Source: Minutocellus sp. GHC0000111
Taxonomy: Eukaryota
DNA: 64,000 nucleotides
Direction of reading: 5' to 3'
Assembly: GCA_977018835.1 (NCBI GenBank)
Contig: OZ361259.1
Location: 2,418,001 to 2,482,000, forward strand
The first letter of the stretch is position 1. Each line of letters opens with the position of its first letter. Below are positions 33,840 to 43,600 of this stretch, one piece after another. Both the position numbers and the translations under genes were made by a program. Below the pieces are notes generated by a model that did not search any database, was not told where the DNA came from, and saw only the letters and a list, made by a program, of their open reading frames with translations.

Positions 33840-35141
33840 TCATTTTAGCGGTAGGCACGCTGGTCGCAACACTGCTCCTCCCATACCAATGGTGCTTCGA
33901 AAGCCATAGCCAGATTTGGTAGGTTTGTCTTTCTCCTCATCAGCATCACTCGACTGGTTCTCATCTTGATGCATTTTCAGCTCATCTTCGTATACCTTGA
34001 GGACACAATCTCTTGCGAGAGCAATAGCCTCATCCATGGACAGGGTACAAAGAAATTTTTTCGCATCATTATTTGACAACGAAGCCATCGTTTCCTCGAG
34101 GACGTCATTGTCAATCTCTTCTTCGTCGTAATCGCCGCCTCCTCTACTCCCCTCCATATCTGTTGAGCTCGTCATCCGTCTTGCGATTTCTTTCATTAAG
34201 TATGCTTCGGCAACTGCTGCCCCTCTTCCCACAGTTGCCGCATCGCACGACCAGAACTGACCACTGGGATCGACACGCCAGATCTTGGGTGCACCACAAC
34301 CTTCAGCCGTGTCTACAATGATCGCCGATGCTGCCAGGGCACGATTTCTAGTTGACTGCGTCGAAACTTGGACCATGTCGGCAATTTTTCGTGCCAAGAT
34401 TGATCCATCGACTCCAAACATTCCACATTTTGAGCGGCGCCCTCCTTTGGGTGTAGATTGGTAGGTGAATCCAGTACCACCAAAATTGGAATTGTGCATG
34501 TCCGATGCCATTGATCTTATCCGATCAAGCAATACAGCTGCATCGGTTGGGGTTCCTCCTGCTGCTACCAACATAGTCGGCGAAAGAATTGACATTGTCG
34601 GTGGGATGGACCTGTCTGATGAGTTAACAAGGAGGTCCGAGCGGAAGCTTGGCTCATTTTGTTCCTCGTTGTTGGTCTCCTCGCCTTCTTCACTGTCGTC
34701 ATCTTCCTTTCGGTCATTGTCCGTACTAGTAGTTGCCAGTAGGGCCGATGCTTGAATCGCAAGAGGACTTCGCGGTGACGTCCCAACAACCACGATGAAT
34801 TCCTTGTTGGAATCATAACCCTCTTCCTTGCCGACGCCACCACATCGTAGCGCCACTACAAGGCCGGCAGTTGCATCATCTTTGTTGCATGCCGCCATCC
34901 CTACGCTATCGACCATGTGAAGCCAACCCGTTGGTGCGAATACGGTCGGTGGATAGGTTTCGTACTGTGCCCGCTCGAACGGGTCAATGTGAATGCTCGG
35001 GGCTGATGCTGCAACTGAAAGAGACATGTGGAGGAAGCATGCTGCATTTGCAGCACACACGAAAAAGGAGCGTCGTACGGCGGCGGCGGTCCAAAGTGCC
35101 GCTTTGACAGCTGCTGGTTTGGGCCGATCCATTGAGCTCAT
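33840..35141 (-). CDS. Divergent 20S proteasome alpha-subunit-like Ntn-fold protein with N-terminal extension
   Basis: YETYPPTVFAPTGWL resembles the alpha-subunit YD..T.FSP.GRL signature; AGG..TDA.VL, ARKIAD..Q..TQ...R.L and IWRVDPSGQFW...A..GRG. Confidence 0.7.
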   Translation of the reverse strand: MSSMDRPKPAAVKAALWTAAAVRRSFFVCAANAACFLHMSLSVAASAPSIHIDPFERAQYETYPPTVFAPTGWLHMVDSVGMAACNKDDATAGLVVALRCGGVGKEEGYDSNKEFIVVVGTSPRSPLAIQASALLATTSTDNDRKEDDDSEEGEETNNEEQNEPSFRSDLLVNSSDRSIPPTMSILSPTMLVAAGGTPTDAAVLLDRIRSMASDMHNSNFGGTGFTYQSTPKGGRRSKCGMFGVDGSILARKIADMVQVSTQSTRNRALAASAIIVDTAEGCGAPKIWRVDPSGQFWSCDAATVGRGAAVAEAYLMKEIARRMTSSTDMEGSRGGGDYDEEEIDNDVLEETMASLSNNDAKKFLCTLSMDEAIALARDCVLKVYEDELKMHQDENQSSDADEEKDKPTKSGYGFRSTIGMGGAVLRPACLPLK

Positions 35142-35401
35142 TCCTACAACACCAAGAACGATAGCATCAGCGAATGAAGGGCTAATCTTCCTATGCAATG
35201 AGTGCCAATTAAGTGTTTGTCAGATTGGTGGCGGTACAAACTCTCCTCCGATTCCTCCGGGTTTTTATTTTGGCGGGCCCGCCAAACCGCCAAATATGCG
35301 TCAGGATCTGGTAGGAGCGAAAAAGAACTTATTGAATTGCCAGGGGAATGAGCGTGTTGCTCGTCATTTGATTAATATCGCCGGCATGACTCACATGGGC
35401 G

Positions 35402-36343
35402 ATGGTATCCGCCATCGGTACAGGCCAGATTCCCAAAAAAAAATGGGGTGAACGAGCAGCGAATAGCGGTGGGTACACAAACAAATCGTCTGATGTGTGG
35501 TTTTATGTTGCGATCATCGGGTTCTTTGTGTTCCTGCGCTTTCTCCCGTGGATATTGAGGAAACTTGGATGTATCCCACCAAGACCAGAGCGCGTCGTTC
35601 TTCGCCGTAACCCCGGTGAGGAGACCACAGAAGAGCTCTCCGGGGAAGAGCGTAAAGAGCTGGTCACCAAAAGCCTCTCAACTACGAAAGTCACAAAGCA
35701 CTCTCCTGATATTTGTTTGGGCGAGTGTGTGGAGAGACAACCCATAGGTACGGGGAAACAAGATCCATCCCGGATATCGCTGGCTTCAGTCAGTACCGTG
35801 ACAGCAGATGAAGAAGAGATTGAACAAGAAGAAGAAGAAGGAATCGAAAGGGCCAGAGAGGACGTTGGTGTTGGTGATGAAGCCTCTTCAAATGACGACC
35901 AAACCACTCTCAGTCCGTGCCATATATGCCTTGATCACTTTCGAGTCGGTGAGGAGATATCCTGGTCAAATGTATCAAAATGTGAACACTGCTTTCACTC
36001 CCAGTGCATCAATGAGTGGCTGCTCAAGCATCAAGCCTGTCTGCTCTGCAGAGCGAATATGCTGGATCTCACAAGTTTACAACGACGGGATTCCGAGGAG
36101 GGACGAGAAGATGATGATAGCAGTAACGTACAAGATGAAGTCGCTGACGTCCAGGTAGAAATTACGCCTGGCCTCGATACATCGTGCAATCCTTTGCCTG
36201 CCAACGAGGAGAACTTGGTGGCGGCTGAGGAAGGTGAAGCCAAGAGCATTAACGTCGATGCGACAGGAAATAGGCAAGAAGAAGCTTTAGGAGAGAGGAT
36301 GTGTTTTTGTGTTGAGCACGGTCTCCGTGTAAAGATGACGTAG
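35402..36343 (+). CDS. RING-H2 E3 ligase with N-terminal transmembrane helix (ATL-like)
   Basis: CHICLDHF..CEHCFHSQCINEWL..HQACLLCR; hydrophobic segment at aa ~32-52. Confidence 0.88.
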   Translation: MVSAIGTGQIPKKKWGERAANSGGYTNKSSDVWFYVAIIGFFVFLRFLPWILRKLGCIPPRPERVVLRRNPGEETTEELSGEERKELVTKSLSTTKVTKHSPDICLGECVERQPIGTGKQDPSRISLASVSTVTADEEEIEQEEEEGIERAREDVGVGDEASSNDDQTTLSPCHICLDHFRVGEEISWSNVSKCEHCFHSQCINEWLLKHQACLLCRANMLDLTSLQRRDSEEGREDDDSSNVQDEVADVQVEITPGLDTSCNPLPANEENLVAAEEGEAKSINVDATGNRQEEALGERMCFCVEHGLRVKMT

Positions 36344-36437
36344 CAAAATATTAACGGTAACAATGCTGTACAGTATAAAGAGATGCATTTTGAAGAAGTA
36401 AACCTAAATCGATCGTTGTTGTATTATGACTTTCTAT

Positions 36438-38941
36438 TCAGGCGACAGCAGCGCATTCGGGGTGGAGCTTCGAAAGGAAATAGAAATTATAACCAGCTAT
36501 GACCAGATCGCTGGCATCCTTTCCTTCCGCGTGATAAATTCTGAGGGCTTCTGAGTACGTTGCCATCAATTTATCAACCTCGCCTTTCTGTAGGTACACG
36601 TTTCCAATGTGGTTGAGTGTGCGAGCAACGTTCATGCTGTTACTTCCAGATAATTTTCGTTCGATGGCCAGAGCCTCCTCGTAATATTCCAGGGCTCGAT
36701 TCAAGTCCCCCCTTTGTTGGTAAACCTGACCAATGTGCTGCATGGTCAATACGACATCTTCGTGGATGGGTCCCAGAGCAGATCGTTCGATTCGTAGTGT
36801 TTCCTCATAGTGCTTCATGGCCTCATCTTCGTCGCCAATATCTAACAAGATTGTCGCAATGTTGTAAAGAACAATGCCAACATCTCGGTGGTCGTTACCA
36901 AGCATCTTTCGTCGGACACGCAAGCATTCCCAAAAGCTTGACATTGCCATTTCATTGAAACCTTGCTTGAAGAGGACGAGGCCAATAGAATTCAAGGTGG
37001 AGGCGACATCCAAATTCTCGTCATTGTAGACATCTCGTCGTATCCTTAGCACCTCTTGGTAGACGTCAAGAGATCGCGAGTAGTTGCACATTTGGAAGGT
37101 GATGAGACCGATATTGTTGAGTGTGTTGGCGACGCTGATGTGAGAGTTGCCCAGAGACCGACGTTGGATGCCTAGGGCTTCGTAGTACATGTCCAAGGCG
37201 GGATGATAGTCACCATTGTTTTTGTAGATCTGACCAATATTTGACAGTGTCACAACGATATTGGGATGATCAGATTCCAGGACGGCACGCTCAACTTCAA
37301 GGCCCTCCTTGTACACCTCAAGGGCGGCATCAAAATCACCAACTTCGTAGTAGAGGTTGCCAATCTTGTTGAGCGTGCTGGCAATCTCGATGTGGTTCGT
37401 ACCGAGGGATGCCTTGCCTGCGCGCAGAGCCTCCTTGTAGCGCTCAGTTGCCTTCTCATACTCGTCCCTTTCGTGGTAGATCTGTGCGACGCACTTGAGG
37501 ATGATAGACACATCTCGATGGTTCTCGCCCAGACGAGCCCGGGCGATGCGGAGGAATTCCTTGTACAGCCTCATCGCGTGATCGAGCTGCCCAATTTGGT
37601 GGTGTGTCTGACCGGCATTGTAGACTGTAGCAGCCACGTCAAGATGGTCTGGACCAAGAATTGATCGTCGTATACGCAGTGCCTCACAGTACATGGACAT
37701 GGCAGAGCCATACTGTCCCTTCATGTAGTGGACTCTGCCTATGTTGTTGAGGGGTAGATCTGTGCGACGCACTTGAGGATGATAGACACATCTCGATGGT
37801 TCTCGCCCAGACGAGCCCGGGCGATGCGGAGGAATTCCTTGTACAGCCTCATCGCGTGATCGAGCTGCCCAATTTGGTGGTGTGTCTGACCGGCATTGTA
37901 GACTGTAGCAGCCACGTCAAGATGGTCTGGACCAAGAATTGATCGTCGTATACGCAGTGCCTCACAGTACATGGACATGGCAGAGCCATACTGTCCCTTC
38001 ATGTAGTGGACTCTGCCTATGTTGTTGAGGGTGGTGGCCACAACTTGGTCTTCACTGCCTGACATGGCCCGGCGAATATTAAGCGATTCCGTGTGCATCT
38101 CCAAGGACTTGTCGACATCAGGTTTGGCCATGTGAAAGTGTAACACGCCAATGCAATTCAGGGTCGATGCAATGTCGAAATGATACGTCCCAAAGACAGA
38201 TCGAGTCAGAACGAGGGCCTCGGAGTACGTTGCAAGAGCATCCTCACAGCGCCCAGCTCGGTAATGAATGTAGCCGATATTGTGCAAAATGCCCACTATA
38301 CCAGCGCCGGCTCCATCAGGAAGGTCTAGCTGCCCACCATCATTTTCGTAACAGATTTGAGCCGACTTCAAGGCTCGCTGGAAGGCATTTAGAGCGCTCC
38401 CATCATCGTTGAGACGAAGCTGGATCTGCCCCCAATTGTAGAATGTAGTGCTGATCAGCCGATGATAATTGAGTGCCGAGGAGGATTGGTGCTGAGACAA
38501 TGATGTGAGTGGTAGCGGCGTGCCGTGAGTTTGCATTCCCTCGTCGTAGGCATCGCGTTGGTAAATGTACAGAGATGGAGAAATGTTGCTTACGGAGTCG
38601 ATGCATAGGCGTTTATTCGTACCGAGAGGCCGTGCCATCGTCTCGACGGAAGACATTATTGAAAGCGCGTTTTCCAGAGAGGCAGCAGCCTCAAGGATCG
38701 ATCCAGAGTTGATGGCATGGTATGCGACGTTGTTGCAACGGATCAGCTCGGATGTCACCTGCATCTCCTGTGATTCTGCCGTGGCTGCAGAAGGCGAAAT
38801 GCTCGACGACGGATGGAAAGGTGAGATCATGGCTTCGCTTTGTTTTGCTGTTGCTGTTAGCCGCTTGGGATTATGGCGCCAATAGCCGATAAATGCGTGA
38901 TTGTTTGTCGCGGCAGAGTCGCAGAGGAGTTGAGTGGTCAC
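36438..38941 (-). CDS. TPR-repeat (kinesin light chain-like) protein A; frame broken by internal 278-bp duplication
   Basis: Many ~42-aa repeats (H.DVA.TL.NIG....G.Y..A...Y.EAL.IRR); ORFs 37739-38941 and 36438-37772. Confidence 0.88.
37475..38030. repeat. Apparently perfect 278-bp direct tandem duplication (37475-37752 / 37753-38030)
   Basis: Both copies begin ggtagatctgtgcgacgcac and end atgttgttgagg; no differences seen. Confidence 0.93.
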
Positions 38942-40106
38942 TTACTTGAGAGACCGGGCATGTCTTGGGGGCGAAAACTACGAATAAGTCAAAAGTGCAC
39001 TGAGGGCTGTTTTGAGGAGGTGGAGGGCAAGACATCGACGCAGTATATAATGGCCTGCGGTCGTAGAACATTGTAAAATCGAAAGTCACATTCTTCTTGA
39101 ACAACGAGGCGGAGAAGGATGTGTCAGATGGCGTCTGAATAATTCTACTCTTATCTTGAAGCGACACAAGACACTTTTACGACTTTTTCTCGACGTGCTT
39201 GAAATGCTTGAGCAAAAGCGCGTGGCGGGCAAATTCGAAGCTGTTTACGAGCGAGCTTGAAGCACCGCGCACCGGCTCGATCGACAGCGAGCACATGTAG
39301 CTACGTAGCAGTGCGCACATGTAGCTAGAGCCTACGTTTCATAAACCCATCGCGATGGCGCAATGACAGCGAGCAAAAACTAGGAAAATGACTACATGTA
39401 ACTAACTGGGCCTACATGTGCTAGCACAACAGAAACCAAATTGAGTAATCCTAGCCTGTGCCTCGTTCAGGCTGCTTTCCACCCGCATGCCATTGCTGCG
39501 TGGTTAAAAATTAAATGAGACTTTCACACTGTTGTGCACCCCCTTGAATTGTGGCCTTTATTATCACCGCGTAAAGGCAGGCCTGCATGCCATTGGCTCA
39601 CTTTGTCCGAAAAATGACGCAATGTGCTGTCGGCCTGTGAGTGCAGGCCTACGTGCTACTGTGCCAGTGCCATCGGCTTTATGGAAATCGTGTGCTTTGA
39701 ATCTTGGCCTCGTTCACTGAACACGTTTCTGGCGAAGGCCTGCATTTGCATGTGTTTGACTTCTGGATAAACAAATTGGGTTTCTTATTGGCCTCTTCGG
39801 TCGGCCTTCTTCAGCATTCGCAGTGCCAGTTAGTTGTGCATTCGTCTTGCAGTCCGAGCTGAACCCCGTTTCGCCTGTTTGGTGAAAAGAATTGGCGAGT
39901 GCTTCCCTCCTCTCTGTGCACATTTATGTAGATCTAGCTATAGAGTCTAGCTAGATCTACACATGTTGCATTGCACCGTTGTTGTTAGATCTAATGGCAA
40001 CAGTAAAAAGAAATCTCTAGCTTGTAAGCTTCTGTAGCAGTGAAATAGAGTATCTCTAATGTTTTAAGTAATGCACATACGTGCAGCACTGCCCCTGATG
40101 ACCCCT

Positions 40107-40406
40107 TTAGCTCTCTCTCTCTCTCTCTAAGCTACAGGAGCAGCCTCCGGATGGTCCTTGGTTGGACAGTGAGTAGAAGTTGAAGCCAGCCACGACCAGG
40201 TCGTTCATGTAGTCAGTGCCACCACTGGTATTGGCGTTGTACAAACGTGCGCTCTCGACATAGGACTCCATGGCATCGCTGACGTGACCCCTCTGCAGCC
40301 GCATGTTGCCAACGTGGTTGAGCGTCCTGGCGACGGTGGGGTGGTGCCGCCGCTGCCGCTGCCCTCGGCCTGCTGCTTCTGCTTGTTGCGCCTCTCGATG
40401 GCCAGA
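40107..40406 (-). pseudogene. 3' fragment of a TPR paralog, truncated at the Copia LTR
   Basis: HPTVARTLNHVGNMRLQRG...DLVVAGFNFYSLS matches the C-terminus of TPR A (VARTLNHIGNVYLQKG...DLVIAGYNFYFLS). Confidence 0.8.
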
Positions 40407-40602
40407 TGCTAAGAGGTCCTAAAGCTAAGCTAGATAGACATAGCTAGTAGAGGTTAATAGGACCTACGTAGATGAAAAATGGGCCATCGGAGATGTCGTT
40501 GGCCCATGGATCAACGGTCAGGAGAGGGCACTGAGTCAGTGGTCTGATCACCGTACGTACCGTACGTATGTATACGTACGTACGTATCCCACGGCATCAA
40601 CA
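40407..40602 (-). repeat. 3' LTR of Copia element
   Basis: 196 bp; differs from 46440-46635 at 4 positions by eye. Confidence 0.93.
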
Positions 40603-40636
40603 CACCCTCGCAGATCAATGACTAGTGCCATTGAAT

Positions 40637-43600
40637 CTACATGTAGAGTCCTAATTGGAATCTACATGTAAGTAGACTGGTCGCATGTCGACATGGTAGC
40701 GGGCGGGATGGTGCTTTGTAAAATAATCGGCCAAATTTTGCACGCTCCTTTCCGCCAGTGCACCTGGAATTGTCGTTGCTCTGTGCGATCTTGGACCGGA
40801 CCCAGTAGAATCTCATGTCCATAGCCTTAGACCGTCTTTGCTTGACGGTTTTATTGGCGATTCCAGATGCTGTAGAGTTGTCAACGACGATAGCAGTAGG
40901 GGGCTGCGGGTGACCCATTTCTTCTAGTGCTGCCCGGATTGGCACTGCATCTTTCATGTTGAAAAACAATCCCCTCCCAATTCGGCTTCAGCGGCTGAGG
41001 ACATCACATGCTTGATGATGTTGGCATTGACGAGGATGGCTCCATTCATTGGTGGCATGGGATCACTTGAGTCAGGCTGGCGGTGCGGGTCCTTAGGTCG
41101 GGAGCTTAGGTAGAAGCACCCTCCGAGCTTGCTTCTTGATTTCGGGGCTGACAAGCAGGAGGCGTCGCTATGTGCATGTAGGATCATGTCTGACTTGACG
41201 CATCGAATGACTGCGTCGGGATGGGTTGCAAGGTAATCTAGAAGCTTCTTGGCATCTTGTCGAGTGCGCTCGGTAGCTTTGGATTGTTCCGCTGAGATGC
41301 TGTTGAGCGCCGGTAAAATTGTTGAATCAATTGCTCGACCACAGCACAAGGAGCTGCCCACCACCTGTTGAATTTCGTTGATGCCTTTGGCGTCGAGTGG
41401 TGGTGAGTCGTCTTCCGGTTCTGGCAGCTGGGGTCCCGGGCCATGCGTCGGACGATTCCATCGATGTGGCGCATGCTCGGGCCGTGAGGGGCGGTCGTGT
41501 TGGAACTTGTGGCGCATCTCCTTGACGTAGTTAGGCATAGACAGATCCACCCATTTGGCCTCGTAGTTCCACTCGAGTTGAACACCACAATAAAGTCGGC
41601 CTTCCCAATCGGTAGTGATCTTACACTTGGAGTTGAGGGCCTGAATGAGATGGTCTGCATGCTCTTTCCCGACATGCTTTGCTCCAAAATCGTCAACGGT
41701 TAGGCAAAAGGCAATTGGGCGGGTTTTGTGCCTCCAAAGGCCGGCAGTGCGCTTGCAAGGGAAATGGCCATGGGGTTTGAGATGCTTGACAAGTTGATCG
41801 CAGGCTAGGCGCCCTGCCTGGGGTAATCCATGCATTCCGCCATCGATTCTGACCAACACTCGACCATTCTTTACTTTGTCGTGGAGGTCGTAGGCTTCCA
41901 TGACTTCGTCGGGGATGAGAGCTACTGGCGCCCACATCCATTCTGGCTCTGGCATGGTGCTGTTGAGACAGAAGTCACTGATATCAATTCCCATGAAACG
42001 AGCGTTGTCTGTAGAGATGACGCTGTTGAAAAGTAACTTTGCAGTCAACATTTCAGCGGTCGGGGTCGAGACTGTACCAGGGTAATGAATTTTGTCGCCT
42101 CCTGCAGTCCATCGAACTCGATTGGGATTTGGTTTGTGGGAGCGATAGTCGGCGACAATGCGGAGGTATGTGGCTTTTTCCCCCGAGGCAGTTCGGACCA
42201 GTGGACGAAAGCCATTGCATTGGAGGGAATGCTAGCACTGTTTCCAACTCGGCAGTCCGTTAGCCGTCCAATTTCATCGATGTTTGCTTGAATGAATTGG
42301 TCCCTCATGTTCGTTTTGAGGAGGTCGCGGTGTTCAAGCATTGCACCAGTGTCGGGATGGACGACGGCGTTAGCAAAGTGTTGGAGGTTTGGTAAAGGCG
42401 AGAAAGCTGCCATGTTGGCCACGTGGTGGGTGCTACGACGAGATGATGGCCGTGGGGGAGGGTTCCGATGTGGAATGCACCCTCGCTGACGGCATGATCG
42501 TCGTCGAGGTGGTTTGGCGGTCGATGGTTTGGACTTGCTTGTCGATTTTGCTGGAGCTGGTAATGTTGGAGTGGTGTCGATCGTTGGAGACTTGCGTTTA
42601 CGTTGCCGACGGGAGGTGGGGGCATTGGAACTTTGATTGGATGTTACAACGGTTGCATCGTTGTCATGATTATCATCATCGTCGCCGTTGGGCTCGTCTA
42701 CTGCAGCCAAAGGATTGTAGTAGTTGGAAGAAACTGACGAGCGAGGTGGCGCGTTGGATCGACGTGATCGACGGCTTTTAGTGGTGGCTGCATCATGTGT
42801 GGAGGATTTTGCCACCCTCGGAGGTTGCTGGGGCTGAGGTAACGGAGCGTTGGGGTTGGAGACAAGGTGACGGCCTACTTCAGTCTCGTTCATCTATTCT
42901 ACGTCGTCGTCCTCGTGTTTGATTTTGTAGTGCTTATACTTCTTGTCAAATGCAACGACTCTACCCTTGTAATTGCGATCTCCAAACACTTTGGCGACGA
43001 TGGTACCGAGGCGGAATCGTTGGGAGTCGTCATCTTTCTCCAGCACCCTCGGAGCTGCGGTTGTCTGCATCGTCTCATCAGAGGCGGAGGTGGCAGATTC
43101 TGCTGGGGTCACGCTGTTGAAAATCTCGGAGAGCTTTTCTAAAGCTTGACGATGCTCGTCTCGAAGGGGAGCAAGGGGTGCCGCTGGATGTGGATTCTGT
43201 AGAGCGTGCAGGAGTTCATGAGCTGCGACTATTGCTGCATCGGCCGACGACGTTTTGGGCACCGGAATCATTTTGGGGAGCCAGACGAGTGTGTTGCCAG
43301 TGCGTTCCGCCCGAGTTTCCTCAATCTAAACCTTGTAACACCGGTAGCGCTCCATGGCTGGACCGACATAGCACCCATCAACGCCATGCGGGGACCAAGA
43401 GCCGCGTGCCGAGGGCATCTCGTGAAAGATGACCATGCATCCGAGGGGGCCGAGAGGCGTGCGATTGAAATCAAAGCCGCCATTGAGTTGCTCGCACGCT
43501 GACAGTCGAGGGTTGACTCGGGATGCTCTCAGGAAATTGAGGGTCATTACCGCCTGCTCCAGCAATTTATCCCACAAGATGAGGGGAAAGTCGGGATTGG

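Noticed and set aside
40553..40590. TACG-rich repeats as a CRISPR array or satellite
   Set aside because: Short low-complexity tract inside the LTR; no repeat-spacer structure.
40954..42051. Alternative genetic code or classical RIP/CpG decay as the cause of Tyr->His/Cys
   Set aside because: Host genes and unedited TE patches use TAC/TAT normally; C->T processes would create Tyr and stop codons, not remove them.
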